From NCBI GenBank assembly GCA_036479435.1, contig JAZGFI010000206.1:1-64000 (forward strand): a DNA stretch of 64,000 nt, read 5' to 3'. This document shows positions 50,540-60,668 of this stretch, piece by piece. Position 1 is the first letter of the stretch. Every line of letters begins with the position of its first letter. Below the pieces are notes generated by a model. It made no database searches and was not told the DNA's origin. It saw nothing but the letters and a program-made list of their open reading frames with translations. Source of the DNA: Planctomycetota bacterium (GTDB taxonomy: Bacteria > Planctomycetota > GCA-002687715 > DRQF01). A program made the position numbers and the translations under genes.

Positions 50540-53500
50540 ATGTTGAAATCACTCATTCGCTTCTCGGTGCGAAACCCCGGCATCACGATGGTTTTGGTGG
50601 CGATGCTGCTCGCTTGGGGCTGGCATTCTTGGAACACCAAAACGGTCGACGCCATTCCCGACATCAGCGACAACCAAGTCGTCGTCGTGACGAGCTGGCC
50701 CGGCCGGTCGCCTGAAGACGTCGAAGATCAGATCACGCAGCCTTTGGCGTCGGGGCTTTCCTCGGTCCGCGGCGTCGCGGAAGTCCGTGGACTTTCGGGC
50801 TTTGGATTCTCGCAGGTCTACGTCGTCTTTGAAGACAAAATGCACCTGGTGCCGAGTCAGGCCATCGACGACTTCTACGAAGCTCGCACGCGTATTCTCG
50901 AGAAGCTCGCGGTGTTGACGCCCAAGCTCCCCGAAGGCGCGACCCCCGAGCTCGGTCCCGATGCTACGGCGCTGGGCCAGATATTTATGTACAGCGTCGA
51001 GGGCCCCTACGATCTCGCGACGCTGCGCAGCATCCAAGACTTCGTCGTACGCGACGACCTTCAGGCGGTGAAGGGCGTGGCCGAAGTCGCGAGCATCGGC
51101 GGCATGCAGCGCGAGTATCAAGTCGATCTCGATGTCGATCGCATGCGAAGATTTGGAGTGAAGATCGAACAAGTCGCCGCGGCTATCAAGCGCTCCAACA
51201 TTGATGTCGGAGCCAAGACCATCGAGCAAGGCGGCGGCGAGACCATCGTGCGCGGCTTAGGATTCGTGCGGGAGCGAAAAGACCTTGAGCGAGTGGTCGT
51301 CGGCTACATGACCGAAACTGGATTTAGCGCTCAAGGCATGACGCCCATGGGCGGCAAAACCATGTCGGGCTCGGCGTCTGGCGCGATGAATTCAAAAGCC
51401 GCCGCTCTTGCCCAGACCCAAGATACAAAGGCGGTTGGCGACCGCTTGCGTCCTCACCGTCCGGTCTATGTCGAAGACCTCGGCCAGGTGACGGTGGGTC
51501 CGGCCTTTCGGCGCGGGGCGCTGGCCGACGGTAAGAGTGAGCTGGTCGGCGGCATTGTGGCGATGCGCTTTGGACAAAACCCGCGCGACGTCATTGGCCG
51601 GATTCGCACGCGTATTCAACGCCTTAACGATCCGCAGGCGGGCATCTTGCCCGACAAGGTGAAGATCCGCCCCTTTTACGATCGCACCCAGCTAACCGAT
51701 CAAACGGTGGTGACCTTAGAGACGGCACTGCGCGACGAGCTCCTCATTACTGCCGTCATCGTGCTGCTTTTTTTGTTGCACGTACGCAGCTCTCTCATCG
51801 TCGCGGTGACCCTGCCCGCCGCAGTCTTAGTCAGTTTCATCTTGATGGATGCACTCGGCGTCGACTCCAACATCATGAGCTTGACGGGTATTGCCATCGC
51901 GATCGGAACGATGGTCGACATGGCGATCGTCATGACCGAAAACGTCTACCGCGGCGTTTGCGACCGAGAGCCTGGGGTCTCCAGAGAAGAGGCAATCGAG
52001 GCGGCGGCGATTGAAGTCGGGCCGGCTTTGTTGACGGCAGTGGCGACGACGATAGTGAGCTTCGTGCCGATCTTTTTTCTGACCGACATGGAGGGGCGGC
52101 TGTTTCGCCCGCTCGCCTGGACCAAGACTCTCGCGCTGCTAATGGCGGCGTTCGCGGGGATCTTGTTGGTCCCTGTCCTCTGCCGCATCTTCTTAGATCG
52201 ACGCTTTGGGCCGCGGGGAAAGATTGCCTTGACGACGATTGCCGCCGCCGTCGGCGGTGCGTTGGGATTGCAGTATTCGGGCGCGATCGGGGCCATTCTT
52301 GGCCTTATCATCGTGGGGGCTTTGGGGTGGCGAGCGGCGGTGGAAAAGCTCGTGCCCTTTGATCGCAATCCGGTCAGCCGCTTCATTAGGCGCATCTACG
52401 AGCCTATGCTTCGCTGGTTTTTGGGCCACAAACTGCCCTTCATCGGCTCGATGGCGCTCTTTGTGCTCCTCGGCATCGCGGTCGCCATTGGTGGTAAAAG
52501 CGTTCTGCGTTGGGCTGAACCCCTAAGCGGTCCCAAGATTCAAGAGACGCGCTTCGCTACTTGGTTTTCGGAGCGCTTCCCCGGCCTGGGCCAGGAGTTC
52601 ATGCCTCCGCTCGACGAGGGCAGCCTGCTCTACATGCCGTCGCTGCTGCCCCAAGCTTCGTTGTCGCAAGCGCTTGAGGTCATGAAGCGACAAAACGCAA
52701 TGATGGAGACCGTGCCCGAAGTCATGAAAGTCGTGGGTAAGCTCGGGCGCGCTGAAACTGCCCTCGATCCCGCGCCGATCAGCATGATCGAGACCGTCGT
52801 CATCTTGAAACCCAAGTCGGAGTGGCGGCCGAATGTCTTTAAGCGAGATATCGTTGCCGAGCTGCTTCGAAAGACTCACGTCCCGGGAGTTTTGGAGGGC
52901 GCGGGGGCTTGGCTGCAACCCATCGAGACGCGCGTCATCATGCTCAACAGTGGGCTCCGTGCGCCGATGGCCATTCAGCTCATTGGCCAGCCGCGTGACA
53001 AAGAAGGCCGTTCTTTGGACGCGGGCGATTCCATCGAAGTGCTCGAAGCCGCCGCGCGCCAGGTTCGAGATGTGCTCAAGACTGTGCCCGGCGTCGCGGG
53101 CCCCAACGTCGAGAATCTCGGCGGCAAGCCCTACCTTGAGATCAAAGTCGATCGCATCAAGGCTGGCCACTGGGGACTGTCGGTCGCCGACGTGCAGAAC
53201 GCGGTGAAGCTCGCCATTGGCGGGGCTCAGATCGATCAGACCGTCGAAGGCCGCGAGCGTTACGGCATCCGCGTGGCTTGGGCGCGGGAGCGGCGCGATG
53301 ATCTTGAGTCGATCCGCCGCCTCCGAGTTCGAAGCAGCGCCGGACGCGAGGTCTTTTTGGAACAAGTGGCTGACATCAGCTTCGCGCGGGGCCCGGCCGC
53401 GATCAAAACCGAAGATGGCCGCGTGCGGCTGCACGTGACTTTTGCGGCGGCCGGGGCGGACGAAGCCACGGTCATGAACAACGCGCTCGACCGCATCGAA

Positions 53501-54196
53501 GCTTGGCGGCGCAAAATCACCGCGCGCGGCGAGGCCGATCCAATACCTGCCGGAGTCGATCTTAGGTCGGCCGGCCGGTTCGAATCGGCGCAGCGGGCGC
53601 GCGACCGCTTCATGATTTTGATCCCGATTTGCCTCGCGATCATCTTCTTTTTGCTCTACCTGCAGTTTCGCAGTTGGGGGGTTTCGCTGCTGGTGTTGTC
53701 GGCTTTGCCCACCTGCATTGCCGGGGGCTTGATCATGCTCGCGGTGTATCCAGGCCTGCGGGATTTTCTGTTTTCGATAGGCGTTTGGGATGAGCCCTCA
53801 TCGGGCCCGATTTACATCACGGTGGCAGTCATCGTCGGCTTTATTGCTTTGGCGGGAATCGCTACCGACGATGGCGTGGTCGTTGCGACCTACTTGGAGC
53901 AGAGCTTCAAAAAGTCAAAGCCGACCAATATTTCGGAAGTTCGCGAAGCCGTGGTGCAAGCGGGCTTGCGCCGCATCCGGCCTTGCCTCATGACCACGAT
54001 GACAACCATCATCGCGCTTTATCCCATCTTGGCTTCCACCGGTCGCGGCAGCGACGTCGCTCAACCCATGGCCCTACCCGCCGTGGGCGGCATGTTCGCC
54101 GAACTGCTCTCGCTGTTCATCGTCCCCGTCATGTACTGCTGGTACCGAGAACGAGGCCTCAAACGCCCAAGCCAAAATCCAAACCCTGATCATTAG
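50540..54196 (+). CDS. cusA: CusA/CzcA family heavy-metal RND permease (Cu/Ag type)
   Basis: DAIPDISDNQV, LGPDATALGQ, EFMPPLDEG.LLYMP, DPAPISMIET, RPCLMT. Confidence 0.9.
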   Translation: MLKSLIRFSVRNPGITMVLVAMLLAWGWHSWNTKTVDAIPDISDNQVVVVTSWPGRSPEDVEDQITQPLASGLSSVRGVAEVRGLSGFGFSQVYVVFEDKMHLVPSQAIDDFYEARTRILEKLAVLTPKLPEGATPELGPDATALGQIFMYSVEGPYDLATLRSIQDFVVRDDLQAVKGVAEVASIGGMQREYQVDLDVDRMRRFGVKIEQVAAAIKRSNIDVGAKTIEQGGGETIVRGLGFVRERKDLERVVVGYMTETGFSAQGMTPMGGKTMSGSASGAMNSKAAALAQTQDTKAVGDRLRPHRPVYVEDLGQVTVGPAFRRGALADGKSELVGGIVAMRFGQNPRDVIGRIRTRIQRLNDPQAGILPDKVKIRPFYDRTQLTDQTVVTLETALRDELLITAVIVLLFLLHVRSSLIVAVTLPAAVLVSFILMDALGVDSNIMSLTGIAIAIGTMVDMAIVMTENVYRGVCDREPGVSREEAIEAAAIEVGPALLTAVATTIVSFVPIFFLTDMEGRLFRPLAWTKTLALLMAAFAGILLVPVLCRIFLDRRFGPRGKIALTTIAAAVGGALGLQYSGAIGAILGLIIVGALGWRAAVEKLVPFDRNPVSRFIRRIYEPMLRWFLGHKLPFIGSMALFVLLGIAVAIGGKSVLRWAEPLSGPKIQETRFATWFSERFPGLGQEFMPPLDEGSLLYMPSLLPQASLSQALEVMKRQNAMMETVPEVMKVVGKLGRAETALDPAPISMIETVVILKPKSEWRPNVFKRDIVAELLRKTHVPGVLEGAGAWLQPIETRVIMLNSGLRAPMAIQLIGQPRDKEGRSLDAGDSIEVLEAAARQVRDVLKTVPGVAGPNVENLGGKPYLEIKVDRIKAGHWGLSVADVQNAVKLAIGGAQIDQTVEGRERYGIRVAWARERRDDLESIRRLRVRSSAGREVFLEQVADISFARGPAAIKTEDGRVRLHVTFAAAGADEATVMNNALDRIEAWRRKITARGEADPIPAGVDLRSAGRFESAQRARDRFMILIPICLAIIFFLLYLQFRSWGVSLLVLSALPTCIAGGLIMLAVYPGLRDFLFSIGVWDEPSSGPIYITVAVIVGFIALAGIATDDGVVVATYLEQSFKKSKPTNISEVREAVVQAGLRRIRPCLMTTMTTIIALYPILASTGRGSDVAQPMALPAVGGMFAELLSLFIVPVMYCWYRERGLKRPSQNPNPDH

Positions 54197-54221
54197 GGTC
54201 AGACCAAAGTCAACACCCTTT
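54174..54221 (+). repeat. Gene-end repeat family B, copy 2
   Basis: aaaatccaaaccctgatcattagggtcagaccaaagtcaacacccttt. Confidence 0.65.
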
Positions 54222-54243
54222 CCCTGCCAACGCTGGCCAAAAC

Positions 54244-54618
54244 TCAGCTGGCGTCTGACCAAACCGCAAGCTCGTTGCCGTGGGGATCAAAAAAGTGGAA
54301 GCGGCGGCCGCCAGGAAACGAAAAGATGCCTTTGCAGATTTCACCCTGCTGGGCGGTCACGCGATCGCGGGTGTCTTCGAGGTTCTTGGCGAACAAGACG
54401 ATGAGAGCCGCGCCTTGATCTTGGCGTGACCGCAGGTCGGACTTGAAGAACCCGCCGTTGAAAACCCCGTCGTTGAAGGCGTGGTATTCAGGGCCGTAAG
54501 AGCTGAAAGTCCAGCCGAAAACCGAGGAGTAAAAGGCCTCGACCGCAGCAAAATCCGAAGCGGGAAGCTCAACGTAGTTGATGCTCTTATCGCGAGGCAC
54601 AGATGACCCCTCGGTCAA
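54244..54618 (-). CDS. VOC/glyoxalase family protein
   Basis: INYVELP, FYSSVFGW, FPGGRRFHF.DP.GNELAVW. Confidence 0.88.
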   Translation of the reverse strand: MTEGSSVPRDKSINYVELPASDFAAVEAFYSSVFGWTFSSYGPEYHAFNDGVFNGGFFKSDLRSRQDQGAALIVLFAKNLEDTRDRVTAQQGEICKGIFSFPGGRRFHFFDPHGNELAVWSDAS

Positions 54619-54619
54619 T

Positions 54620-54910
54620 TCAGGCGCCCCACTCGATTTTAACGTCGTCGCGCTCGGCCTTTAGGTCATTCAGGCACTGTCGTAAAGCGCGTGCGTCGCG
54701 CGGCATCCGGCGGTGCAAGTTGGTCCAGCCCGAAATCCGCAGCAAGGGCGGCATGGTGCTTTGCTCGGTGCTGCGAATGCAATCCCAAAAAGCATCCCAG
54801 TTGCCACCGTAGTCACTCGGGAAGCCGAGACTCTCGCCAAGCAACTCGTGCAGTTCAGCCCGAGTTTCTACCGCTGATACGTCCAAACTCGACGCGATTG
54901 GTTCGGTCAT
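54620..54910 (-). CDS. Barstar family protein
   Basis: LH..L...LGFP.DYG.NWDAFWDCI. Confidence 0.8.
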   Translation of the reverse strand: MTEPIASSLDVSAVETRAELHELLGESLGFPSDYGGNWDAFWDCIRSTEQSTMPPLLRISGWTNLHRRMPRDARALRQCLNDLKAERDDVKIEWGA

Positions 54911-55072
54911 GGTTGCCCCGTCGTAACTTATCCTTCATGCACCATCGAGTGGGTCGGCAAAAAGGCAGAGGAAGCCCAATTTTGGCCTCGTCCCACGATC
55001 TCAACGGCGCACCGTTAACACGGTACCTTGCGAACCTCAGCCAGGACAAGGGCCAGCGGGGCTTAAGACCGC

Positions 55073-55687
55073 TTATTCGACGCCAGTGCGGCGAAAAGTG
55101 AGATTCACGCGGGCCCCGCAGGCTTGGCGGCTCTTTGGGAGGCCATGCCTCCAATCGTGCTGTGAGTTGCCGCGCATGATGAGGAGGCTCCCCGCCGGCA
55201 AGGGCAAACTGAGAACCGGTAGCTCGCGCTTGAATCGATTTTTTAGCTGGAAACTGCGTTTTGCCCCCAAGGTCAGGGAAACGATGACGGGCTGCACGCC
55301 GAGTTCCGGTTCATCGTCGCTGTGCAGGCCCATGCTGTCGTGCTGATCGCGGTAATAGTTCAAAAGGACACTATTGAAGGAATGTCCCGCAACCGCCTCG
55401 ATTCGGCGCCTTAGATCCAAAAGTGTCTCAGACCACGGCAAGGGCCGCAGACGAGTGCCGGAGTAGCTGTAGCTGACGCCAGCGTCGGCGTACCAAGCGA
55501 TCAGGCGCGGTTGGAGCATCGTCTTGCCAAAGAGCGTGATTTCTTCTTGTCGCCAAGGCGTGTCCACAATGAGCTCTTCGAGCAGCTCGTCGTAGTTCCG
55601 CCCGAGATTCGCGTTCTGAATGAGAGTGATGTCGTTGCCAACGATCGAAACCGGAGCGAGCGGTTCGTTGTCAAACAGGCCGCTCAA
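55073..55687 (-). CDS. AlkB-family 2OG-Fe(II) dioxygenase
   Basis: FNSVLLNYYR, HSD, WRH, RVNLTFR. Confidence 0.9.
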   Translation of the reverse strand: MSGLFDNEPLAPVSIVGNDITLIQNANLGRNYDELLEELIVDTPWRQEEITLFGKTMLQPRLIAWYADAGVSYSYSGTRLRPLPWSETLLDLRRRIEAVAGHSFNSVLLNYYRDQHDSMGLHSDDEPELGVQPVIVSLTLGAKRSFQLKNRFKRELPVLSLPLPAGSLLIMRGNSQHDWRHGLPKSRQACGARVNLTFRRTGVE

Positions 55688-55754
55688 TGGCCCGGCTCCC
55701 TCAGCCCTCGAGTCTCAGGCCGTTCGGCTTCACAGCGTATCGAGACGGCAAAAC

Positions 55755-55973
55755 TCAAAATTCCGTGGCGATAAAGAGGTCTTCGACCTTCTTTCTCGCC
55801 CAAGGAGTTCGGCGTAGAAACTTAAGGCTGGACCTCAGCGAAGGATCGTAGGCGAAGCAGCGAATCTGAATGATGTCGCCGAGGTCGTCCCAGCCGTAGT
55901 AGTCAACAAGCTGCGTCAACACCTTCTCCAAGGTGATGCCGTGCAGAGGATTGTTGGGTTGTGAATCGGTCAT
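55755..55973 (-). CDS. VF530/DUF2132 family protein
   Basis: [30 protein letters not shown]. Confidence 0.88.
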   Translation of the reverse strand: MTDSQPNNPLHGITLEKVLTQLVDYYGWDDLGDIIQIRCFAYDPSLRSSLKFLRRTPWARKKVEDLFIATEF

Positions 55974-55982
55974 GAGTTGATC

Positions 55983-56466
55983 TTAAGCACTTGCAAACTC
56001 GGTCAAAGCGGTGCCATCCAAACGGTACGCGACCCACTCGGCCTGGGGTTCTGCCCCTAGGGACTTGTAGAAGCGAATGGCGGGTTCGTTCCAGTCCAAC
56101 ACGCTCCACTCGAAGCGACCGCAGCCTGAGACCACGGCGATCTTGGCGAGATGCTGGAGGACTGATCTGCCGGTACCTTTGCCCCGATGCTCCGGGGACA
56201 CGTACAGGTCTTCAAGATAGAGGCCGGGTTTGCCCAGCCAGGTTGAGTAATTGAAAAAGTAGACCGCGTATCCGATCGCCTCACCCGCAATGCCAAACAC
56301 CAGTGCCTTGGCCGTCGCCTTGGGCCCAAACAGAGAATGCTCAATCTCCGCTAGCGAGGCGCTGACCTCGTGCTCTGCCTTTTCGTAGCGGGCGAGATCG
56401 GTGATGAATCGAAGAATGAGAGCTGCGTCTTCGACACCGGCTTCGCGTATCTCAACTTCGGCCATC
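55983..56466 (-). CDS. GNAT N-acetyltransferase (SSAT-like)
   Basis: YSTWLG.PGLYLEDLYV, RGKGTG, WSVLDWN..AI.FY. Confidence 0.88.
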
Positions 56467-56533
56467 GGCTCTCTCGGGGTTCTCACTCGGCGACAATATG
56501 ATTCGTTCTCTGCGGGATCTGCGCCGCATCAAT

Positions 56534-57493
56534 TTACCGCGGCAAGGGTCGCCGCGGAAGCTCGTCCAAAAACGCTTTCAGAGCCTCGACGACCGGGAAA
56601 TCGTAGAGATTATTGTGGCCCGCGTTGCGAACAAGGTGCCGCTTTTTGGGTTCATTGGCGCGCTCAAACAACTTGGCGCCACTATCCGGGGGAATAATAT
56701 TGTCGTTTAGGCCGTGGATCATGAACACCGGTTCTTCGACCTTGTTGATGAAGTCAGACGTCAGATAAGTGTCCTTCAGCATCCACGCCACCGGCAAAAA
56801 TGGGAAACGTTGCTGCGAAATCTCCAAGACTGAGTTCATCGGGGCTTCCAGAATCAAAGCCCGACAAACGACTTTGGCGGCCAACTGCGCCGCTACCGCA
56901 GACCCCAAAGACGCACCATAGATGACGATTTGCGTCTCAGCGATGCCGCCGCTTCGCAAATAGTCGTAGGCGAGCTGCGCAGCTTCAAGAAAAGACGCTT
57001 CCGATGGTTCACCCTCGCTTGGCCCATAGCCCGGATACCCGAGCATGAAAACGCCGTAGCCCACCGCCATCAATTGCCGGAATTTCTTGGATCGATGGGA
57101 GACGTTTCCCCCATTCCCATGAAAAAACAGCAAAGTCGGCTGCCCTTTACTTGGTTCTGCTTGCCAACAAACGAGCTGATGGGCGAACTTGGTTCGGATC
57201 GACACTTCGCTCACGCCCACCAGGCCGAGATCCTGCGGCTTTGAGTACGACTCGCTGGGCTGATAAAGGATGCTGCGCTGAGAAAAGTAGATGACCATCA
57301 CGAAGACGACGTAGGTGCCAAGGGCCACGAACAGGAGCCTACCTGCAAATCTGGCAAACCACTTCAATCCGGACCCCCCAAAAACAAACGAGACACGACA
57401 CCCCCAACCGGCGCGGGTTACCTCACCTTGCCATCTGAGGAACCCCAGCGCGACAATTTCAGCCCGGAGATGAGGGGGCCCCCCGTCGAGCAC
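56534..57493 (-). CDS. Alpha/beta hydrolase (ABHD12/13-like); true start probably ~130 nt downstream
   Basis: FHGNGG, YPGYG.S.G.PSE, GASLG nucleophile, HG..D..IP, GHN. Confidence 0.85.
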   Translation of the reverse strand: MLDGGPPHLRAEIVALGFLRWQGEVTRAGWGCRVSFVFGGSGLKWFARFAGRLLFVALGTYVVFVMVIYFSQRSILYQPSESYSKPQDLGLVGVSEVSIRTKFAHQLVCWQAEPSKGQPTLLFFHGNGGNVSHRSKKFRQLMAVGYGVFMLGYPGYGPSEGEPSEASFLEAAQLAYDYLRSGGIAETQIVIYGASLGSAVAAQLAAKVVCRALILEAPMNSVLEISQQRFPFLPVAWMLKDTYLTSDFINKVEEPVFMIHGLNDNIIPPDSGAKLFERANEPKKRHLVRNAGHNNLYDFPVVEALKAFLDELPRRPLPR

Positions 57494-57745
57494 TCCGACT
57501 CCGGGTGCCTTCGGTGGGCGTCAACTTTGACCGGGAGGAATTCGATTCCCGCCACTCAGCAGGAGGGAAACGACTGGCGCAGCCTCGATGCCAAAGTCCA
57601 AGGCCAGGATTCGCGGAGCGGAAGAGCTTTTTGGTCGTAATGAAACGCTTGGAGAACCTGCACGTTACATCTTGCTCTCGCAGGACTATACTCCTCGCAA
57701 TCCAGATAACTGACCGCCACCTAGCGAAGAAAGGTCGAATACAAG

Positions 57746-60556
57746 ATGCGCAAACTACTGCTAATCGGAATCGCGTTGGGAGCTTGGCTGATGATCGCCA
57801 ACGACACCTACGCCCAGAAGAAGCCGACCCCCAAGCCGTCCAAAAAGGCCGCGCTTTCTGCCGGCGCCAAAAAGAACGCCAGCGACGGATTCAAAAAGTA
57901 CGCCGACGTCACCAAGGGCTACAAGAAAGTCGTCTCAACGACTGACGGCAAATCGCCGCTCTTTGATCTTTGGGTTCGCAAAAAAGACGGCCACACGCTC
58001 GCCGAATTCGCCGAAAACTATGCGAAGACCAAGTACTTTCTGGCCCTCACGGTTTCGACCGGCGAGATTTTCGCCGGCCTACATTCTGGCGATCGTTTTG
58101 TGTACTTGAAGCGCTTCGACAAGCGCCTCGCGATCATCGCTCCTGAACTCAGCAAACGATCGAGCGGGAACGCCGACAGCAAGACCTCAGTCAACCGCAT
58201 CTTCACCGACCGCGTCCTAGCTGACGTCCCAATCTTGTGCATCGGTAAGCGCGGCGGGCCGGTCATCGACCTCGATGATCTTCTGCTGAAACGAGCCTCC
58301 GCCTTTTTTGGGAGTAAGGCTTCCGGGCTCAACAAGAAGCTCGCAGCCCTAAAAGTCTCAAAGGCCTTCCCAAAAAACGTTGAAGTCGCCTACGAAGCCC
58401 CGGTTTCGGGCGGCAAGTTCAAGCGCTTCCACTTTTCGATCTCGAGCCTTCCCGAAAAGACCGGCTACAAGCCGCGCAAAGCCGACCAACGCGTTGGCTT
58501 TTTTGTGACTTCCTACCAAGACCTCGCGAAGTACCGCGACGATTCGATTTGGCAGCGCTACATCAATCGCTGGCACATTGAGAAAGCAGATCCCAAGCTC
58601 AAACTCTCACCGCCTAAAAAGCCGATCGTCTTTTACATCGAGCACACCACGCCAGTGCGCTACCGCCGATTCGTTCGCGACGGCATCCTCTACTGGAACA
58701 AGGCCTTCCGCGCGATCGGCATCGACGAAGCCGTTGTGGTGCACTACCAAGACGCCCAATCCGGCGCTCACATGGACAAGAATCCCGAAGACGTCCGCTA
58801 TAACTTCGTGCGCTGGTTGAACAACGACGTCGGCACCGCCATCGGGCCCAGCCGCGTCGACCCGCGCACGGGACAGATCCTCGACGCTGACATCATCTTG
58901 ACCGACGGCTGGATTCGCAGCTTTGACTACCAATTCTCAAAAGTCCTGCCGACTCTCGCCACCGAAGGTTTCAGCCAAGAAACGATGGAATGGCTGCACG
59001 CCAATCCGAACTGGGACCCGCGCATCATCTTCGCCGAAGCTGGCGAGCGGGCCCGTATGCTCGCCGAACGTGCTCATCCAGGCCACGAAGCCAAGCACGA
59101 AGAAGAGGAAAAAATCCTCTACGGCGACAATGAGTTCGACGGCCTCGTGAACACCAACTGCCAAGAGAACGGCTTCTGCATGGCCGCCACCGGAAAGGGT
59201 TTCGACCTGGCTATGGCCCGCATGCACTACGAAGTCTTGGCGCTTCTAAACGCCACCGATGACGAGAAGAAAAAAGACAGCGCCGAGGACATCCTCGACG
59301 GCATGCCCGCCTCCTTCATCGGCCCGCTGCTCGCGGACCTCGTCGCCCACGAGTGCGGACACACGCTTGGTTTGCGTCACAACTTTGTCGCGTCATCGAT
59401 CTACACGATGGCTCAAATCAACAGCAACAAGGTGAAAGGCAAGGCCTTCACCGCTTCGGTGATGGACTACAACCCCATCAACATCAACCTTGGCGATGGC
59501 GAAGTGCAGGGTGACTACTGCATGATCGACATCGGGCCTTACGACATGTGGGCCATCGAGTACGGCTACACCTTGGACGAAAAAGCCCTCCCTGGCATTC
59601 TCGCCCGCTGTACCGAATCCGAGCTCGCCTATCTTACGGACGAAGACACCTCCGGGCCCGACCCCCAGGCTCGCCGTTACGACTTCACCAAAAACCCCTT
59701 GGACTACGCCAAGAACCAGATGCGCCTTGCACAGTTCCACCGCAAGCACCTGCTCGACAAGTTCGTCAAAAAGGGTGACAGCTGGGCCAAGGCGAGCCGT
59801 GGCTACAACATCACGCTTAGTTTCCAGATGCGCTCGCTTAGCATGATGGCGAACTGGATCGGCGGCGCGCACACTCGGCGCCACAAAAAAGGTGACGGCG
59901 ACCAACCTCCCATCACCGTGGTCTCGGGAAATGAACAACGCGAAGCGCTCGACTTCTTGATCAAGTCGAGTTTCAAAGACGAGGCCTTCGGTTTGAGCTC
60001 TGACCTCTTGCGTCACATGACGCAAGACAAGTGGTTCGGATCGGGCGATACTTCGGCCACGATGGCCGACGTCACCTTTCCGATTCACGATCGCATCGTC
60101 GGCATCCAAAACTCAGTCTTGACGATGATCTTGAACCCCACGACCTTACGCCGCGTGCTCGACAACGAAAGCCTCACCGACAACGAAGATGCTCTCACCC
60201 TCGCCGAGATGATGAGCAAGGTCTCGCATTCCATCTGGAGTGACCTGAAGGCCGGCGACAGCGATAAGACCTACACGGCTCGCAAGCCCTGTATTTCGAG
60301 CATCCGCCGCAACCTTCAATCAGAGCACATCAAGCGTCTCATCGACCTGAGCTACCCGAAGGGCAACGTCAACTCAGCTCACAAACAAATCGCGACTTTG
60401 GCGCGCATGCATCTGCGTCGCATCGGAGCAGGCGTTACGGGCATGCTGCCGAAGGGCACGACGGGCCTCGATGACTACTCGCGCGCGCATCTTGAGGATG
60501 TGCAGGCTCGCATCACCAAGGCCTTGGAGGCGCAGTTCACGCTGCGCGTGAAGTAG
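57746..60556 (+). CDS. Secreted zinc-dependent metalloprotease (EcxA/DUF5117 type)
   Basis: PR.AD.RVGFF, DPRTGQILDADI, HECGHTLGLRHNF, SVMDY Met-turn. Confidence 0.88.
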   Translation: MRKLLLIGIALGAWLMIANDTYAQKKPTPKPSKKAALSAGAKKNASDGFKKYADVTKGYKKVVSTTDGKSPLFDLWVRKKDGHTLAEFAENYAKTKYFLALTVSTGEIFAGLHSGDRFVYLKRFDKRLAIIAPELSKRSSGNADSKTSVNRIFTDRVLADVPILCIGKRGGPVIDLDDLLLKRASAFFGSKASGLNKKLAALKVSKAFPKNVEVAYEAPVSGGKFKRFHFSISSLPEKTGYKPRKADQRVGFFVTSYQDLAKYRDDSIWQRYINRWHIEKADPKLKLSPPKKPIVFYIEHTTPVRYRRFVRDGILYWNKAFRAIGIDEAVVVHYQDAQSGAHMDKNPEDVRYNFVRWLNNDVGTAIGPSRVDPRTGQILDADIILTDGWIRSFDYQFSKVLPTLATEGFSQETMEWLHANPNWDPRIIFAEAGERARMLAERAHPGHEAKHEEEEKILYGDNEFDGLVNTNCQENGFCMAATGKGFDLAMARMHYEVLALLNATDDEKKKDSAEDILDGMPASFIGPLLADLVAHECGHTLGLRHNFVASSIYTMAQINSNKVKGKAFTASVMDYNPININLGDGEVQGDYCMIDIGPYDMWAIEYGYTLDEKALPGILARCTESELAYLTDEDTSGPDPQARRYDFTKNPLDYAKNQMRLAQFHRKHLLDKFVKKGDSWAKASRGYNITLSFQMRSLSMMANWIGGAHTRRHKKGDGDQPPITVVSGNEQREALDFLIKSSFKDEAFGLSSDLLRHMTQDKWFGSGDTSATMADVTFPIHDRIVGIQNSVLTMILNPTTLRRVLDNESLTDNEDALTLAEMMSKVSHSIWSDLKAGDSDKTYTARKPCISSIRRNLQSEHIKRLIDLSYPKGNVNSAHKQIATLARMHLRRIGAGVTGMLPKGTTGLDDYSRAHLEDVQARITKALEAQFTLRVK

Positions 60557-60601
60557 GAGAGCTGTCGATAGATCGGGGGGCTAAAACCGGGAGAAAAGTG
60601 T

Positions 60602-60633
60602 CTGACTCCGTACAGCACTGACTCCGTACAGCA
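60602..60633. repeat. 16-bp tandem duplication (ctgactccgtacagca x2)
   Basis: Direct reading, between convergent genes. Confidence 0.85.
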
Positions 60634-60668
60634 GGTTTTCTGCGTCAGACCTTATTCTCCCGGTTTGG

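Noticed and set aside
57400..57745. Hairpins in the divergent region before the metalloprotease
   Set aside because: Weak stems expected in GC-rich DNA; no recognisable RNA family
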